From Synechococcus sp. (lineage in GTDB: Bacteria; Cyanobacteriota; Cyanobacteriia; Thermostichales; PCC-7336): a stretch of 64,000 nucleotides of DNA. The stretch covers positions 1 through 64,000 of the forward strand of contig JBFRWN010000013.1 in NCBI GenBank assembly GCA_051439605.1, given 5' to 3'. Positions 39,152 through 49,049 of this stretch are shown here, piece by piece. Below the pieces are notes generated by a model that made no database searches, was not told the DNA's origin, and saw nothing but the letters and a program-made list of their open reading frames with translations. The first letter of the stretch is position 1. Every line of letters begins with the position of its first letter. Both the position numbers and the translations under genes were made by a program.

Positions 39152-41665
39152 ATGAATCACTCCCATCAAAAGTTCGACATCTGCCAACACATTCAGTTCG
39201 ATTCCAAAGGCCGTGCCATCTGCCCCAATTGCGCCCTCGACAAAGGCGATAGCTATCGCAAGAAAAATCTCTCCCTCGTCCCTGGCACGGACGGAGCCTA
39301 CAAGTGCCATCGCGGCTGCACCCCCGAACAAATCCGAGAGGCGCTAGGCATACGAGCAACCTGCACGGTCCCTATCGCCTTCGCTCAACCTTCCACTGCA
39401 TCGAACTCGGTAACCATCTCAGCTCGGCAAGTCGAACTCGCCCACCGAAAGCTACTCAGTCGCAACGGTCCTGCCAGAGCTTGGCTACGCGATCACGGCA
39501 TCCCCGACGAAGCCATCACCCGCTACCAACTGGGCATCGAACCCAAACGAGTTGGCAAACAAAAGCTCTGGGCTATTTCAATCCCCATCCCCACTGGCAA
39601 CGGCCAATACTATCGCAAGCTTCGAATTTCCCCGTGGCTTTCCCCAGAGCAACTTCCCACCAACTACCAACCCTGGAGCCAATACGGAGTCCCCGCCACA
39701 GTTTTCTTCACCCACAACCCACCAACCGCAACCCAAACCTACCTGTGCGAAGGCGAGTGGGATGCCATCGCCCTCGGCTGGCAGTTGCGCCATCAATCAG
39801 ACATAGCCGTCGCGACCTTCACCTGCGGCTGCGGCACAGTGCCTCATAAAGAAGTCTTGGATCGATTACCCGGCCAGGTCACCATCTTCTACGACCGCAA
39901 CGACAAACCCCTCAAAAACGGCACCATCCCAGGCGAAGCAGGAGCCCAGAAAGTCGCAGCAGCTCTGTGGGAACGCGCCCGAATTGCCCAAGTCCCGCAT
40001 CGCCCAGAACATTCCCACATCCACGGTTGGGACGTCTCCGATGCCCTCAACGCTGGCTTCACAAATGATAATTTCGCCAAAGCTGCTGCTCAAGCCGTAT
40101 CGCCCAGCTCTCAGCAGAAAAAGGTTGTACGTGCCTCAAATCCGCTGCGATCGCGCCTGGTCACCAACGATACGCTGCTGGATCGAGCTCCCGACTACAC
40201 GGAATGGCTCGTCCCCAACCTGCTTACGGCCAACGAACTCTTTCTATTAGCAGCCTCCCCCCGTGCAGGAAAATCTCTCCTTGCCATGACCCTGGCCAAC
40301 AGCGTCGCCAGCGGCCAGAAATTCCTCGACCGCCCTGTCACCCAAGGCTCGGTCCTCTACATCCGCTGCGAGGACAGCGAAACCAAAATCAAAGAGCGAG
40401 AAATTGCCCAAGGTTGGAGCAGGGGCCTACCCGTCTACTGGCTCGATCGCTTCAAGCTCTCCGAGCTCGACCAACTCAGAGAAATCGCCGAAGACATCGA
40501 ACCCCGCCTCATCGTTCTCGACACCCTCAGCCGCATTCGCGACGACGGTATCTCAGAATCCTCCGCAGAAATGTCCCGCTGTCTCGAGCCCCTGCAAGAG
40601 ATGGCCGAAGAACTCAATTGCTGCATCCTGCTCGTCCACCACACCGGCAAAGTCAAGCTCGACAATGCCGACAAGATCGATGTGTTCGAGACCATCCGAG
40701 GCAGCTCGGCCATAAGAGCCGTCTGTCGCGGCACTTGGGTGCTAGCAGCCGACGATAACCGCTCTTTTCGCCTCTGTGTCGAGCACGGCTACGGCAGAGA
40801 AGATTTGAAAATTCTTTTGGACTCCTCCACACTGCGATGGCGATCGTTGGGTCACTGGCAGCCAGCCGCAGTCAACGTCACCCAAGCCGAACAAGTCCTC
40901 GCCTACCTCAATCAAGCAGGCGAAGGCACGATAGATGAAATCCATGCAGCCACGGGCTTACCCAAGCGATCGCTCTACGTCGTCCTCTCCCGCCTCCACG
41001 CAGAGGACATGGTCAGCAAAGCAGGCAGCCGTCGCCGCATTGTTTATAAGCGCTTGGTCAAGCAACTTCAGCAGTTAGACGAAAGCCTGAGTAGCTCAAA
41101 CCAAGACTGGGCAAGCGATGTAGGCGAAAGTAGAGTTATCTCCGAGCCGCTAGAAAACCAAACAAACAGTGATTGTTTAATCCAACCCGCCAGGGAGCTG
41201 GAATTTGTTAGTTCAACGGCAAATTGGGCTTCAATCCCATATGGAGAAAGGGATACAGCTATTCAACAAGTATCTAACAACCATCTAACAAGCCCCAATT
41301 TGTTAGATGAAATTGACTCGGGCGATCTAAGTAACACAAAACCTGTACTTCTCCCCCCACCTCGAAGATCGCCAGTGAAACCTCAATTTGATAGAGGCGA
41401 CTCCGTGGAATTTTTCGACGGTGAAAGTTGGCTTTCTGCTATCTATTGCAGACCGCTCGGTAATTTCTACTTCTCTCCCGTCACCAAACAGCTTGAGGAG
41501 GCCCATCTAATTAGAACAAGAGGGGTTATTGATAGTGACGACTTACCTCGCAAGGTTGCAACCAGCGCGCTGCGTCCTCGACGGCAGAGCGTGACGGAAG
41601 CTCCGAATATTGCCAACAAGCCGAAACAGCAAAACCTTGAAATCGATATTCTGCGGAGGAGGTAG
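39152..41665 (+). CDS. Primase-helicase replication protein (Zn finger, Toprim, RecA-like AAA_25 helicase, wHTH)
   Basis: CPNC..CHRGC, LCEGEWDAI, FYDRND, AASPRAGKS, IVLDTLSR, LLVHH, IRGSSAI. Confidence 0.85.
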   Translation: MNHSHQKFDICQHIQFDSKGRAICPNCALDKGDSYRKKNLSLVPGTDGAYKCHRGCTPEQIREALGIRATCTVPIAFAQPSTASNSVTISARQVELAHRKLLSRNGPARAWLRDHGIPDEAITRYQLGIEPKRVGKQKLWAISIPIPTGNGQYYRKLRISPWLSPEQLPTNYQPWSQYGVPATVFFTHNPPTATQTYLCEGEWDAIALGWQLRHQSDIAVATFTCGCGTVPHKEVLDRLPGQVTIFYDRNDKPLKNGTIPGEAGAQKVAAALWERARIAQVPHRPEHSHIHGWDVSDALNAGFTNDNFAKAAAQAVSPSSQQKKVVRASNPLRSRLVTNDTLLDRAPDYTEWLVPNLLTANELFLLAASPRAGKSLLAMTLANSVASGQKFLDRPVTQGSVLYIRCEDSETKIKEREIAQGWSRGLPVYWLDRFKLSELDQLREIAEDIEPRLIVLDTLSRIRDDGISESSAEMSRCLEPLQEMAEELNCCILLVHHTGKVKLDNADKIDVFETIRGSSAIRAVCRGTWVLAADDNRSFRLCVEHGYGREDLKILLDSSTLRWRSLGHWQPAAVNVTQAEQVLAYLNQAGEGTIDEIHAATGLPKRSLYVVLSRLHAEDMVSKAGSRRRIVYKRLVKQLQQLDESLSSSNQDWASDVGESRVISEPLENQTNSDCLIQPARELEFVSSTANWASIPYGERDTAIQQVSNNHLTSPNLLDEIDSGDLSNTKPVLLPPPRRSPVKPQFDRGDSVEFFDGESWLSAIYCRPLGNFYFSPVTKQLEEAHLIRTRGVIDSDDLPRKVATSALRPRRQSVTEAPNIANKPKQQNLEIDILRRR

Positions 41666-41669
41666 AGTG

Positions 41670-41918
41670 ATGGCTCAATCTCTAGAGCAAGAAATCGACA
41701 TCCATAACGATGTAATCCTTCCAGTTAAGGAAGCTGGCGAGTTTCTCAGGGCTAAGTTGGGAGAAGGCTACGGTGAAGAGTCTTTGAAACGCATGGTAAG
41801 GGAGAATGAGCTGACGCCCGGCATCCATTATTCTCAGCGACGCCCAAGAGGACCCATCGCGGTTAATTGCAGCAGAGTAATCCAATGGGCATTCTCTCAG
41901 TGCAGGGGCAACAAATAG
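41670..41918 (+). CDS. Excisionase-like small DNA-binding protein
   Basis: 82 aa, GGAGG Shine-Dalgarno, wHTH-like pattern (VKEAGEFL..SLKRMVRENEL), convergent with integrase. Confidence 0.6.
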   Translation: MAQSLEQEIDIHNDVILPVKEAGEFLRAKLGEGYGEESLKRMVRENELTPGIHYSQRRPRGPIAVNCSRVIQWAFSQCRGNK

Positions 41919-41965
41919 CGAGTGGAATGTGTTCCCTAATTGCAAAACGGGCTTTGTAGAGACGT

Positions 41966-43048
41966 TCAGTCTAGATTCATTGCTCGATCGAGCCAAACTT
42001 TCTCACCAATAAATCGCCGATAGATTTTGTGATGGACCGAAGGAGCATGCCCCATCATTTGAGCTGCCAGGTCCGCGTTAGCGCCACGTTCCGCCCAGCG
42101 CCTAGCAGTACAGTGACGGAGGTCGTAGGGAAGCAAGCGATCTCCATTAGGTTTTTGAAAATCATGTTTTTTAAACCACTTACCTATCCTTTGTCCCAAT
42201 TGCTGCCGATTGGTACTTGTGGGCACCTCCCCCCTTAAATCCCATTCCGCTGCCCAAGTTTTATTGCTAGGAGCCACTCCTCGCGGTTTTCCGTTTTTGG
42301 CAACCAGTACAGTAACAATCGGATAGTCCAGAAATTCCAAAGAGGCGAGTTCGGAATTTCTGAGTCCGTAACACGCCATCAGTCCGAATAAGCGTTGCCA
42401 GAGGGGATCTTCGATACCGGCATAAGTATCCGCAATCCACTCATCAGGGGGGAGACTTCTGGGATTGACCTCCTGCAGCGAGTAATTTCCACGGTACGGT
42501 GCTAAGTCGCAATCAATTCCAGCAAATCGAGATAAGGTAGTCAGTCGCTCCACGGCTTTCTTGCGAGCACATGAATCCTGTTCCTTAGCCATCACCGCTT
42601 GCTCTAGCGCAAGTTCCGTCAAGGGAGTTTCCATCGGTAACTCCTTGAAGTAAGGCCACCAGTCAGCTCCCCAAGCTCGATGCGATCGCTTCCGCTGTCC
42701 CTCCCAGTGGTCGCGGAACAGATCCACCCATTCTTTGCAAGTTTCAGCAGGCTTTTTGGGTTTGGCCTTACGCCCTCGACTCCAATCTTCCCAACAAAAA
42801 GCACCGCTATCTAATTCGCGTCTGAGCCGTTGAGCAATCTTTTCTGCTGCTGCCAGCCCCGCTACTGTGGCCCGCTGTCCGGTCGACACACTCTGTTGGT
42901 GAGGACGCTCTTTGGTCGAGCCTGGCTTGGGAGGCAATGTTGCTTGTATCCATAACCTCTCGCCTCGAACGAATAATCGGGCTGAATGGATTCTCAGGCG
43001 CTCATTTGCTTTGTCCAATTGTACGTAGAAATTGTACTTAATCGCCAT
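41966..43048 (-). CDS. Tyrosine recombinase/integrase
   Basis: YGLRNSE, K(NGKPR), YDLRH, MMGH, IY catalytic pattern; starts 100 bp after the tRNA 3' end. Confidence 0.9.
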   Translation of the reverse strand: MAIKYNFYVQLDKANERLRIHSARLFVRGERLWIQATLPPKPGSTKERPHQQSVSTGQRATVAGLAAAEKIAQRLRRELDSGAFCWEDWSRGRKAKPKKPAETCKEWVDLFRDHWEGQRKRSHRAWGADWWPYFKELPMETPLTELALEQAVMAKEQDSCARKKAVERLTTLSRFAGIDCDLAPYRGNYSLQEVNPRSLPPDEWIADTYAGIEDPLWQRLFGLMACYGLRNSELASLEFLDYPIVTVLVAKNGKPRGVAPSNKTWAAEWDLRGEVPTSTNRQQLGQRIGKWFKKHDFQKPNGDRLLPYDLRHCTARRWAERGANADLAAQMMGHAPSVHHKIYRRFIGEKVWLDRAMNLD

Positions 43049-43148
43049 GCTGCGAAGTATGGGCGCGGTATGGCTTCGATTCTATGCCAATATTGCCAGA
43101 TTGCAGATATAGCAACGGCTTGAGAATATTTGCGATCTCTGAAAGTCA

Positions 43149-43221
43149 AGCTGGTGACAGGACTTGAACCTGCGACCGGCTGATTACAAATCAGCTGCTC
43201 TACCAACTGAGCTACACCAGC
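43149..43221 (-). tRNA. trnT: tRNA-Thr (anticodon UGU)
   Basis: GCTGGTGTAGCTCAGTTGGTAGAGCAGCTGATTTGTAATCAGCCGGTCGCAGGTTCAAGTCCTGTCACCAGCT folds as a cloverleaf. Confidence 0.97.
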
Positions 43222-43322
43222 AAAGCATTCATAACGTTATCACAGTCAGTCTACCGACCCAACACCTTTTCCAATCCACAGTGGCAAATTTGGCAGCAGG
43301 CAAGAATCCGTTGAGTTTACTG

Positions 43323-43859
43323 CTATTGAGTGGAATGGGTTTCTTCCTCTAGCTCCATAAACCGATATTGCACGGCCCCGGTCACCAAATCGTTTTCGAT
43401 GTGAGCGTATCCTCGACGTTCTAACTCTCGGAATGCTTCCTCAATATCGTCGAAATCCGCCTCTTCAATTTCGGCGATCGCCGCTGTTACTGATAACACC
43501 CCTTGACGGCGAGCGGCCATTTGAATCAAGCGCCGCATTAGAGGCTGCCCCTTCAAGGGTTCGGATGGAGCCGGTCGATAAATAGGCCACTGTTGAGCAG
43601 AACCTCGGGCCGCTAGACCTTCTAACCGGAGGTTGTAGTCATTCACCATCTCGGGAATCAAGAATAAGTCGATCAACTGTCCGATGAAAAAGCAGCCAAA
43701 CGTGCATAGCCACACCCCTCCCGTGATGTTTTTGCCTAGATAGAATCTGTGAGCTCCATTAATGCCGAAAAAGGTTAGGAACCACAGGGCGTAGGCGGTC
43801 ACTAAATTGCGCCGCTGTAGAGGTTGAATTGAAGTGGACTTAGAGTCTGGATAAGACAT
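43323..43859 (-). CDS. TM2 (NINE) domain protein
   Basis: AYALWFLTFFGINGAHRFYLG..GQLIDLFLIP. Confidence 0.85.
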   Translation of the reverse strand: MSYPDSKSTSIQPLQRRNLVTAYALWFLTFFGINGAHRFYLGKNITGGVWLCTFGCFFIGQLIDLFLIPEMVNDYNLRLEGLAARGSAQQWPIYRPAPSEPLKGQPLMRRLIQMAARRQGVLSVTAAIAEIEEADFDDIEEAFRELERRGYAHIENDLVTGAVQYRFMELEEETHSTQ

Positions 43860-44150
43860 GCGAACCGAGGCAGTAACAGGGCATGTCGCTTAAGCAGCAT
43901 CTTACCGTTAAGGACATTTCTCAAGCAAAAACTCTCTCAGGAGTTTCGATCGCGCATTAAAACAAAATGGCCGCACTATACGGCACTACTATTCTAGTAA
44001 CCCACTACGTTTCCGGATGCGTAGGAGGAGCGATCGCTACCAAACTGTTATTTGCCGAAATTGTAGGGGTTGAATTCAGTAATTCTTAGGTAACTGGAAA
44101 CCTGCGAATACGACCCATTAAACAGTAATAAGGGTGAATAGAGATGTACT

Positions 44151-45287
44151 CAGGAGTTACGCATTGACAAAAACAGTTAAACATGGGCCAGTTGGAGGTT
44201 TGGCTGAAACTGCTGAACAATGAACTGGCGAACCGTCTGCAAATGTAAAGTCCACTGCAACTGGTAGAGATTGTCGTATTGACCGTTGGAATAAGCCAGC
44301 GATAGTTCACAAAAAGCTCGTAGGCAGCAAAACACATGCGTACCGATCGCCGCTGCGATCCGAACTCGAAAGCGAGTCAGACCACACAGTTGTTTGAGTG
44401 CTCGATGGAAACACTCAATCCCCCAGTGCAATTGTCGGAGTTCCTCAAAAGCTTCGAAACTGAACGCCTCCAGTTCTGCAGCAGTCGGACACCAAACGAG
44501 GTAGTAGCGCAACACTCCGTTTTTGAAGGATTGACTAAAAACCTTGACAGGCCCGATCCCCTTGAGGTGAACCAACAATCCTTGAGCTGGGATGGTCAGA
44601 GTCTGCACTTGGACATAAGGTTTTCCATCCACCGATACGAGTCGGTTTTTGCCAATTCCCATCAGAACCGTCAGGTTCTGGTCTTTCAGAAACCGTAAAT
44701 TCTGGCGACTGGCATACCAAGCATCAGTGGTGATGCTGGCTGGAACTAAGCCCCAAGCGAGCAATTCAGCCACCATTTCGCGAAAATAGTCGTTCTTGCT
44801 TTTCTCCTCCCGTTTGTCATAAAGCCGATAGTTCACTGGCACTTGGACACCGGTCGGGTCAGTGTAGTACAGCGTAATCAAGGGAATGCCTCGTAGCACC
44901 CGGCGCTCTTTGTTGGACCAGTAATAGCCAACTAATTCTGTCGACTCCACCTGAGAATAAGGCTTCTCGATCAAGGTGTCATCGCCACTAAGTACCCCCC
45001 TTTTAGTTCAATCGAAGGTAAGACTGCTTCGAAGAGATCCTTGGGTTCGTAAGTCTCTCGCACCAGAAAACGATTGACACTGTCGTGAGAAACCTCGTGG
45101 TCAAATACCGTGGCGAGGCGGTTGCAGCCACTATGTTTGGGCTCTGCCAATAAGAATGCTGTGTAGATATCAATAGTGCATTTGGCAGTCGATGGCTTCG
45201 TCAGTTCTCTCACTGGCAATTCGTGAAGGAAGGCAGCTTGAATTATCTCACCCACAGAGCTACTCTTCTGTCAATGCGTAACTCCTG
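44151..45287 (-). mobile_element. IS701/ISH3-like insertion sequence, transposase split into two frames
   Basis: 19-bp perfect inverted repeats CAGGAGTTACGCATTGACA; 5-bp target duplication GTACT; ORFs 44971-45255 and 44177-44974 with DDT, DAWY and HWGIECFHR motifs. Confidence 0.9.
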
Positions 45288-45365
45288 GTACTGAGTGGTT
45301 AACCCACGTCTGTTAAATAGCTCGTTGCCTTGATTTCGAAACAGGATTCTATCCCGAATCGCCTA

Positions 45366-46265
45366 CTAACCCACCGCAGTAACTTTGTTGGACTCAGCCT
45401 TCTTCAGCAAGGGGAATCCCAACTCCTCCCGCTGTGCCAGATAGGCGCGGGCTACCCGACGAGCCATCGACCGTACGCGGTCAATATAACGATTGCGCTC
45501 CGTGACCGAGATAGCCCCACGAGCATCCAGCAGATTAAAGGTGTGGGAGCACTTGAGCACGTATTCGTGGCTGGGCAAAACCAGTCCCTGCTCCAATAGC
45601 TTTAACGCCTCTTTCTCATACAGCCCAAATAACTCGAATAGAATCTCGGGGCTCGACGCTTCAAAGTTGTAATGACAATGCTCGATTTCCCCCTGAAGGT
45701 GCACATCCCCATAGGTATAGGAATCGTTCCACTGAATTTTGACAATTGCATCTACGTTTTGCAGGTACATTGCCAACCGCTCTAACCCATAGGTGATCTC
45801 GATCGAGACGGGCTTGCAGTCAATGCCACCGCATTGTTGGAAATAAGTGAACTGGGTGATTTCCATGCCATCCAGCCATACTTCCCACCCTAAACCCCAG
45901 GCTCCTACCGCTGCGTCCTCCCAATTGTCCTCCACGAAGCGGATATCGTGTTCCTCCGGCTGAATTCCCAAGGCCCGCAGAGAATCGAGATATATCTCTT
46001 GAATGTTGTCGGGGGAGGGCTTAATTAGCACTTGAAATTGGTAGTAGTGCTGAAAGCGATTGGGATTTTCGCCGTAGCGGCCATCGGAAGGGCGACGGCA
46101 GGGTTCGACGTAGGCGATGGACCAGGGTTCGGGGCCAATGGCGCGCAAAAACGTATGGGGGCTTTTGGTACCCGCTCCCGTTTCAGTGTCGTAGGGTTGT
46201 GCGATTAGACAGCCGCGATCGCTCCAAAATGTCTGTAACGTCGCAATGGTTTGCTGAAAATTCAC
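45366..46265 (-). CDS. glyQ: Glycine-tRNA ligase alpha subunit
   Basis: [46 protein letters not shown]. Confidence 0.97.
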   Translation of the reverse strand: MNFQQTIATLQTFWSDRGCLIAQPYDTETGAGTKSPHTFLRAIGPEPWSIAYVEPCRRPSDGRYGENPNRFQHYYQFQVLIKPSPDNIQEIYLDSLRALGIQPEEHDIRFVEDNWEDAAVGAWGLGWEVWLDGMEITQFTYFQQCGGIDCKPVSIEITYGLERLAMYLQNVDAIVKIQWNDSYTYGDVHLQGEIEHCHYNFEASSPEILFELFGLYEKEALKLLEQGLVLPSHEYVLKCSHTFNLLDARGAISVTERNRYIDRVRSMARRVARAYLAQREELGFPLLKKAESNKVTAVG

Positions 46266-46441
46266 CGTAAGTCTCCCTTCCGACCCACAACTATTCCGGC
46301 CCAGCAATTGGGCCTTCATTAACCTAGCTCAGAACTTCACCTTTACCTGCAGAAACCCGCAAGAAACGGAGTGGCTCTATCTCGAATTCCAGTTAGCGTT
46401 GGTTTGAATCGCACATAATTCGAATTCAGAGCCAAGTGGGC

Positions 46442-47380
46442 TTAGACAATTAGCTTCCTTTCTAGCCACTGCACCACCTTGGTTCCCAAATCCTGTTGAT
46501 TTAGCTGTGCCATTTCCTTCAACATGGTTGGGCTGGTGACATTCACCTCCGTCAACCGCTCCCCAATTACGTCAATACCCACAAAGTAAAGCTTGTGCTC
46601 CTTTAAGACCGGAGCAATCTCCGCACACATCTGCCGTTCTCGCTCGGTGATGCCCACCGCTGCCACGCTACCGCCAGCGGCAACATTACCGCGAAAATCC
46701 CCCAGCCCTGGAAGGCGATTGACTGCCCCCAGAGGCTCTCCTTCCAGCAACAAAATCCGTTTATCGCCCTGTTTGGCCGCAGGCAAGTATTCCTGAACGA
46801 TGACAGGCACCTGCCCAAAACCAGTGCTGACTTCGATCAAGGAGTTGAGGTTGCGATCGCCTGGCTCCAGCACAAACACCCCTTCCCCCCCTTTACCATC
46901 TAGCGGCTTGAGCACTGCGCGATCGCGATCGGCTAAAAACTCCAGCACCGTTTGCTTATCGCGGGTAACCAGCGTCTCGGGGACCCAGTCGGTAAATTGC
47001 AGGGCAAACAACTTTTCATTGGCCACCAGCAAACCGGCGGGGTCGTTCAACACCAAGGTTGAGCCACCGATTAATGTCAACAGCTGTACTGCAGTCACGT
47101 AGGCAGCATCTACAGGAGGGTCCTTACGCATCCAGACGGCATCCATCTGGTTCAAGGACAGTTTTTGTCGGGCTACCACCCGATACCAATCGGGTTGGCT
47201 GGGATTGAGATGTAACTGTTTTACCTCAGCCCAAGTGCCGCCTATTGCTGAATGGAGATCGGAGGATTCCAGTGCAAACACCTCGTGTCCGCGAGCCTGC
47301 AAAGACTCCATCAGAGCAACACTGGTGTCGTGGTGGGGTTGAAGACGGTCGAGAGGATCGACTACAAAGGCTACGCGCAC
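46442..47380 (-). CDS. gshB: Glutathione synthetase
   Basis: MRKDPP, NEKL, KPLDGKGG, FRGNVAAGG, EVNVTSPT. Confidence 0.96.
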   Translation of the reverse strand: MRVAFVVDPLDRLQPHHDTSVALMESLQARGHEVFALESSDLHSAIGGTWAEVKQLHLNPSQPDWYRVVARQKLSLNQMDAVWMRKDPPVDAAYVTAVQLLTLIGGSTLVLNDPAGLLVANEKLFALQFTDWVPETLVTRDKQTVLEFLADRDRAVLKPLDGKGGEGVFVLEPGDRNLNSLIEVSTGFGQVPVIVQEYLPAAKQGDKRILLLEGEPLGAVNRLPGLGDFRGNVAAGGSVAAVGITERERQMCAEIAPVLKEHKLYFVGIDVIGERLTEVNVTSPTMLKEMAQLNQQDLGTKVVQWLERKLIV

Positions 47381-47383
47381 GGG

Positions 47384-47647
47384 CTAGGATAACTGCAACA
47401 TCGAATCGAGTTTACCTTGGCGATCGAGGGCGTGAATATCGTCACAGCCCCCCACGTGCACGTCGTTGATGAAGATTTGAGGAAGCGAGCGGCGACCGTT
47501 GGCCCGTTCGGCCATTTTGGCTCTAGCGACATTGTCGCCATCAATTTTGTATTCGGTGTATGTCACCCCTTTATCATCCAACAGGCGCTTGGCGCGAATG
47601 CAGTACGGACAGGTTTGCCAAGTGTAGATTTCGACGTTAGCTGACAT
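47384..47647 (-). CDS. grxC: Glutaredoxin 3
   Basis: CPYC, SLPQIFI, GGCDD. Confidence 0.95.
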   Translation of the reverse strand: MSANVEIYTWQTCPYCIRAKRLLDDKGVTYTEYKIDGDNVARAKMAERANGRRSLPQIFINDVHVGGCDDIHALDRQGKLDSMLQLS

Positions 47648-47768
47648 ACGAATGGGGGTTGATTTCCATTACAAACTATAACTTATGTAACGGAATTTCT
47701 CTGTGCTGCCTGTAGCAATAGCACCTATCCTCTCAGTTGTTTACATCAACAATTGTTTATCCCTATTA

Positions 47769-49049
47769 ATGCTGGATTGTTTCCTCGTTTCCCCTTATCA
47801 CACGGGTTCCCACGCAGCTTGGGCACAAGGCTACATCGATCGCAGCACATTCCAGATCGACCTGATATCGATGGCAGGTCGCTTTTGGAAATGGCGCATG
47901 CAGGGAGGCGCTCTGGAACTGTCTCAGCAGGTGATCCACCACTGCCAGTTCAGCAAGGTTGAACGCCAAATCAGTCAAGACAAGAGGGCCGAGAGATACA
48001 GACAACCCGACTGTCTTTGGGTAACAGACATGACCAACCTGCCCGCCTTGTTAGCCCTCGCCCGCCCCTATCTGGATGGCGTTCCGATCCTGTACTATGC
48101 GCACGAAAACCAACTCACCTATCCCACTCCCCCTGGCGAGAAACGAGATTTAACCTATGCAGCCATCAACTTACTGAGTATGGTGACTGCCGATGCGATC
48201 GCCTTTAACAGTCACTACCATTTGCAGGAATTTTTTGACGAATTACCTCGCCTGCTGAAGCATTTTCCTGACTACAATCACCTAGATGCAATCCCAAAAC
48301 TGCAAGCCAAGAGTCAAGTCTTGCCGGTGGGGCTCGATCTGCACAAATTTGACCCCTACGAAAAAACACCATTCACCCAAAAGGGATCGTTACGCATTCT
48401 CTGGAATCAACGGTGGGAGTACGACAAAAATCCATCTGAATTTTTTCAAGCCCTATACGAGCTGGACAAAGCAGGTGTCCCGTTTGAAGTGGTGGTGGCG
48501 GGGGAAAATTTTCGCCAACAACCGGCTGAATTTGCCGAAGCCCGACGCAGGCTGGGCGATCGCATCGTTCATTTTGGCTATGCCGACACCTTGACCTCCT
48601 ACGCACAACTTTTATTCAATTGCGATGTGGTGGTATCCACCGCTCACCACGAATTTTTTGGGATTAGCGTGCTGGAGGCCATGTATTGCCACTGCTATCC
48701 CCTGTTGCCAAACCGCCTCAGCTATCCAGAACTTATTCCTCAGTCGCTGCAGCCCGAACATCTGTACGACACATTCGAACAGCTCTGCGATCGCCTCAAG
48801 TGGGCCGCCCATCACTTAAATCGGGTTCGCGAAAGCAGTTTGCGATCGGTGGCATTGGAATACGAGTGGCACACCCTAGCTCCGCGATACGATGCCGTGA
48901 CAGTCGAACTTATCCAGTCCTCCCGCAAGGGGAAGTCGATTCAATCACAGCGGGATACATCGCAGCGGCAATGGAAGAGGACTAGCTGCCGCCCCCAAGG
49001 GGATGCCGAGCTGCAGCACCGGGGGACCGGGGAAATGCTTCAGGGGTAG
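47769..49049 (+). CDS. DUF3524-containing GT-B glycosyltransferase (GTDC1-like)
   Basis: PYHTGSH, WKWRM, YAHENQLTYP, RWEYDKNP, HEFFGISVLEA. Confidence 0.85.
   Translation: MLDCFLVSPYHTGSHAAWAQGYIDRSTFQIDLISMAGRFWKWRMQGGALELSQQVIHHCQFSKVERQISQDKRAERYRQPDCLWVTDMTNLPALLALARPYLDGVPILYYAHENQLTYPTPPGEKRDLTYAAINLLSMVTADAIAFNSHYHLQEFFDELPRLLKHFPDYNHLDAIPKLQAKSQVLPVGLDLHKFDPYEKTPFTQKGSLRILWNQRWEYDKNPSEFFQALYELDKAGVPFEVVVAGENFRQQPAEFAEARRRLGDRIVHFGYADTLTSYAQLLFNCDVVVSTAHHEFFGISVLEAMYCHCYPLLPNRLSYPELIPQSLQPEHLYDTFEQLCDRLKWAAHHLNRVRESSLRSVALEYEWHTLAPRYDAVTVELIQSSRKGKSIQSQRDTSQRQWKRTSCRPQGDAELQHRGTGEMLQG

Larger units (their letters stand above)
1..43148. mobile_element. Integrative conjugative element (MOBF relaxase, T4CP, T4SS, tyrosine integrase) integrated at tRNA-Thr; left end probably outside window
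   Basis: Relaxase, coupling protein, VirB4 operon, ParM and integrase co-occur directly downstream of the tRNA-Thr 3' end; housekeeping genes resume beyond the tRNA. Confidence 0.85.
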
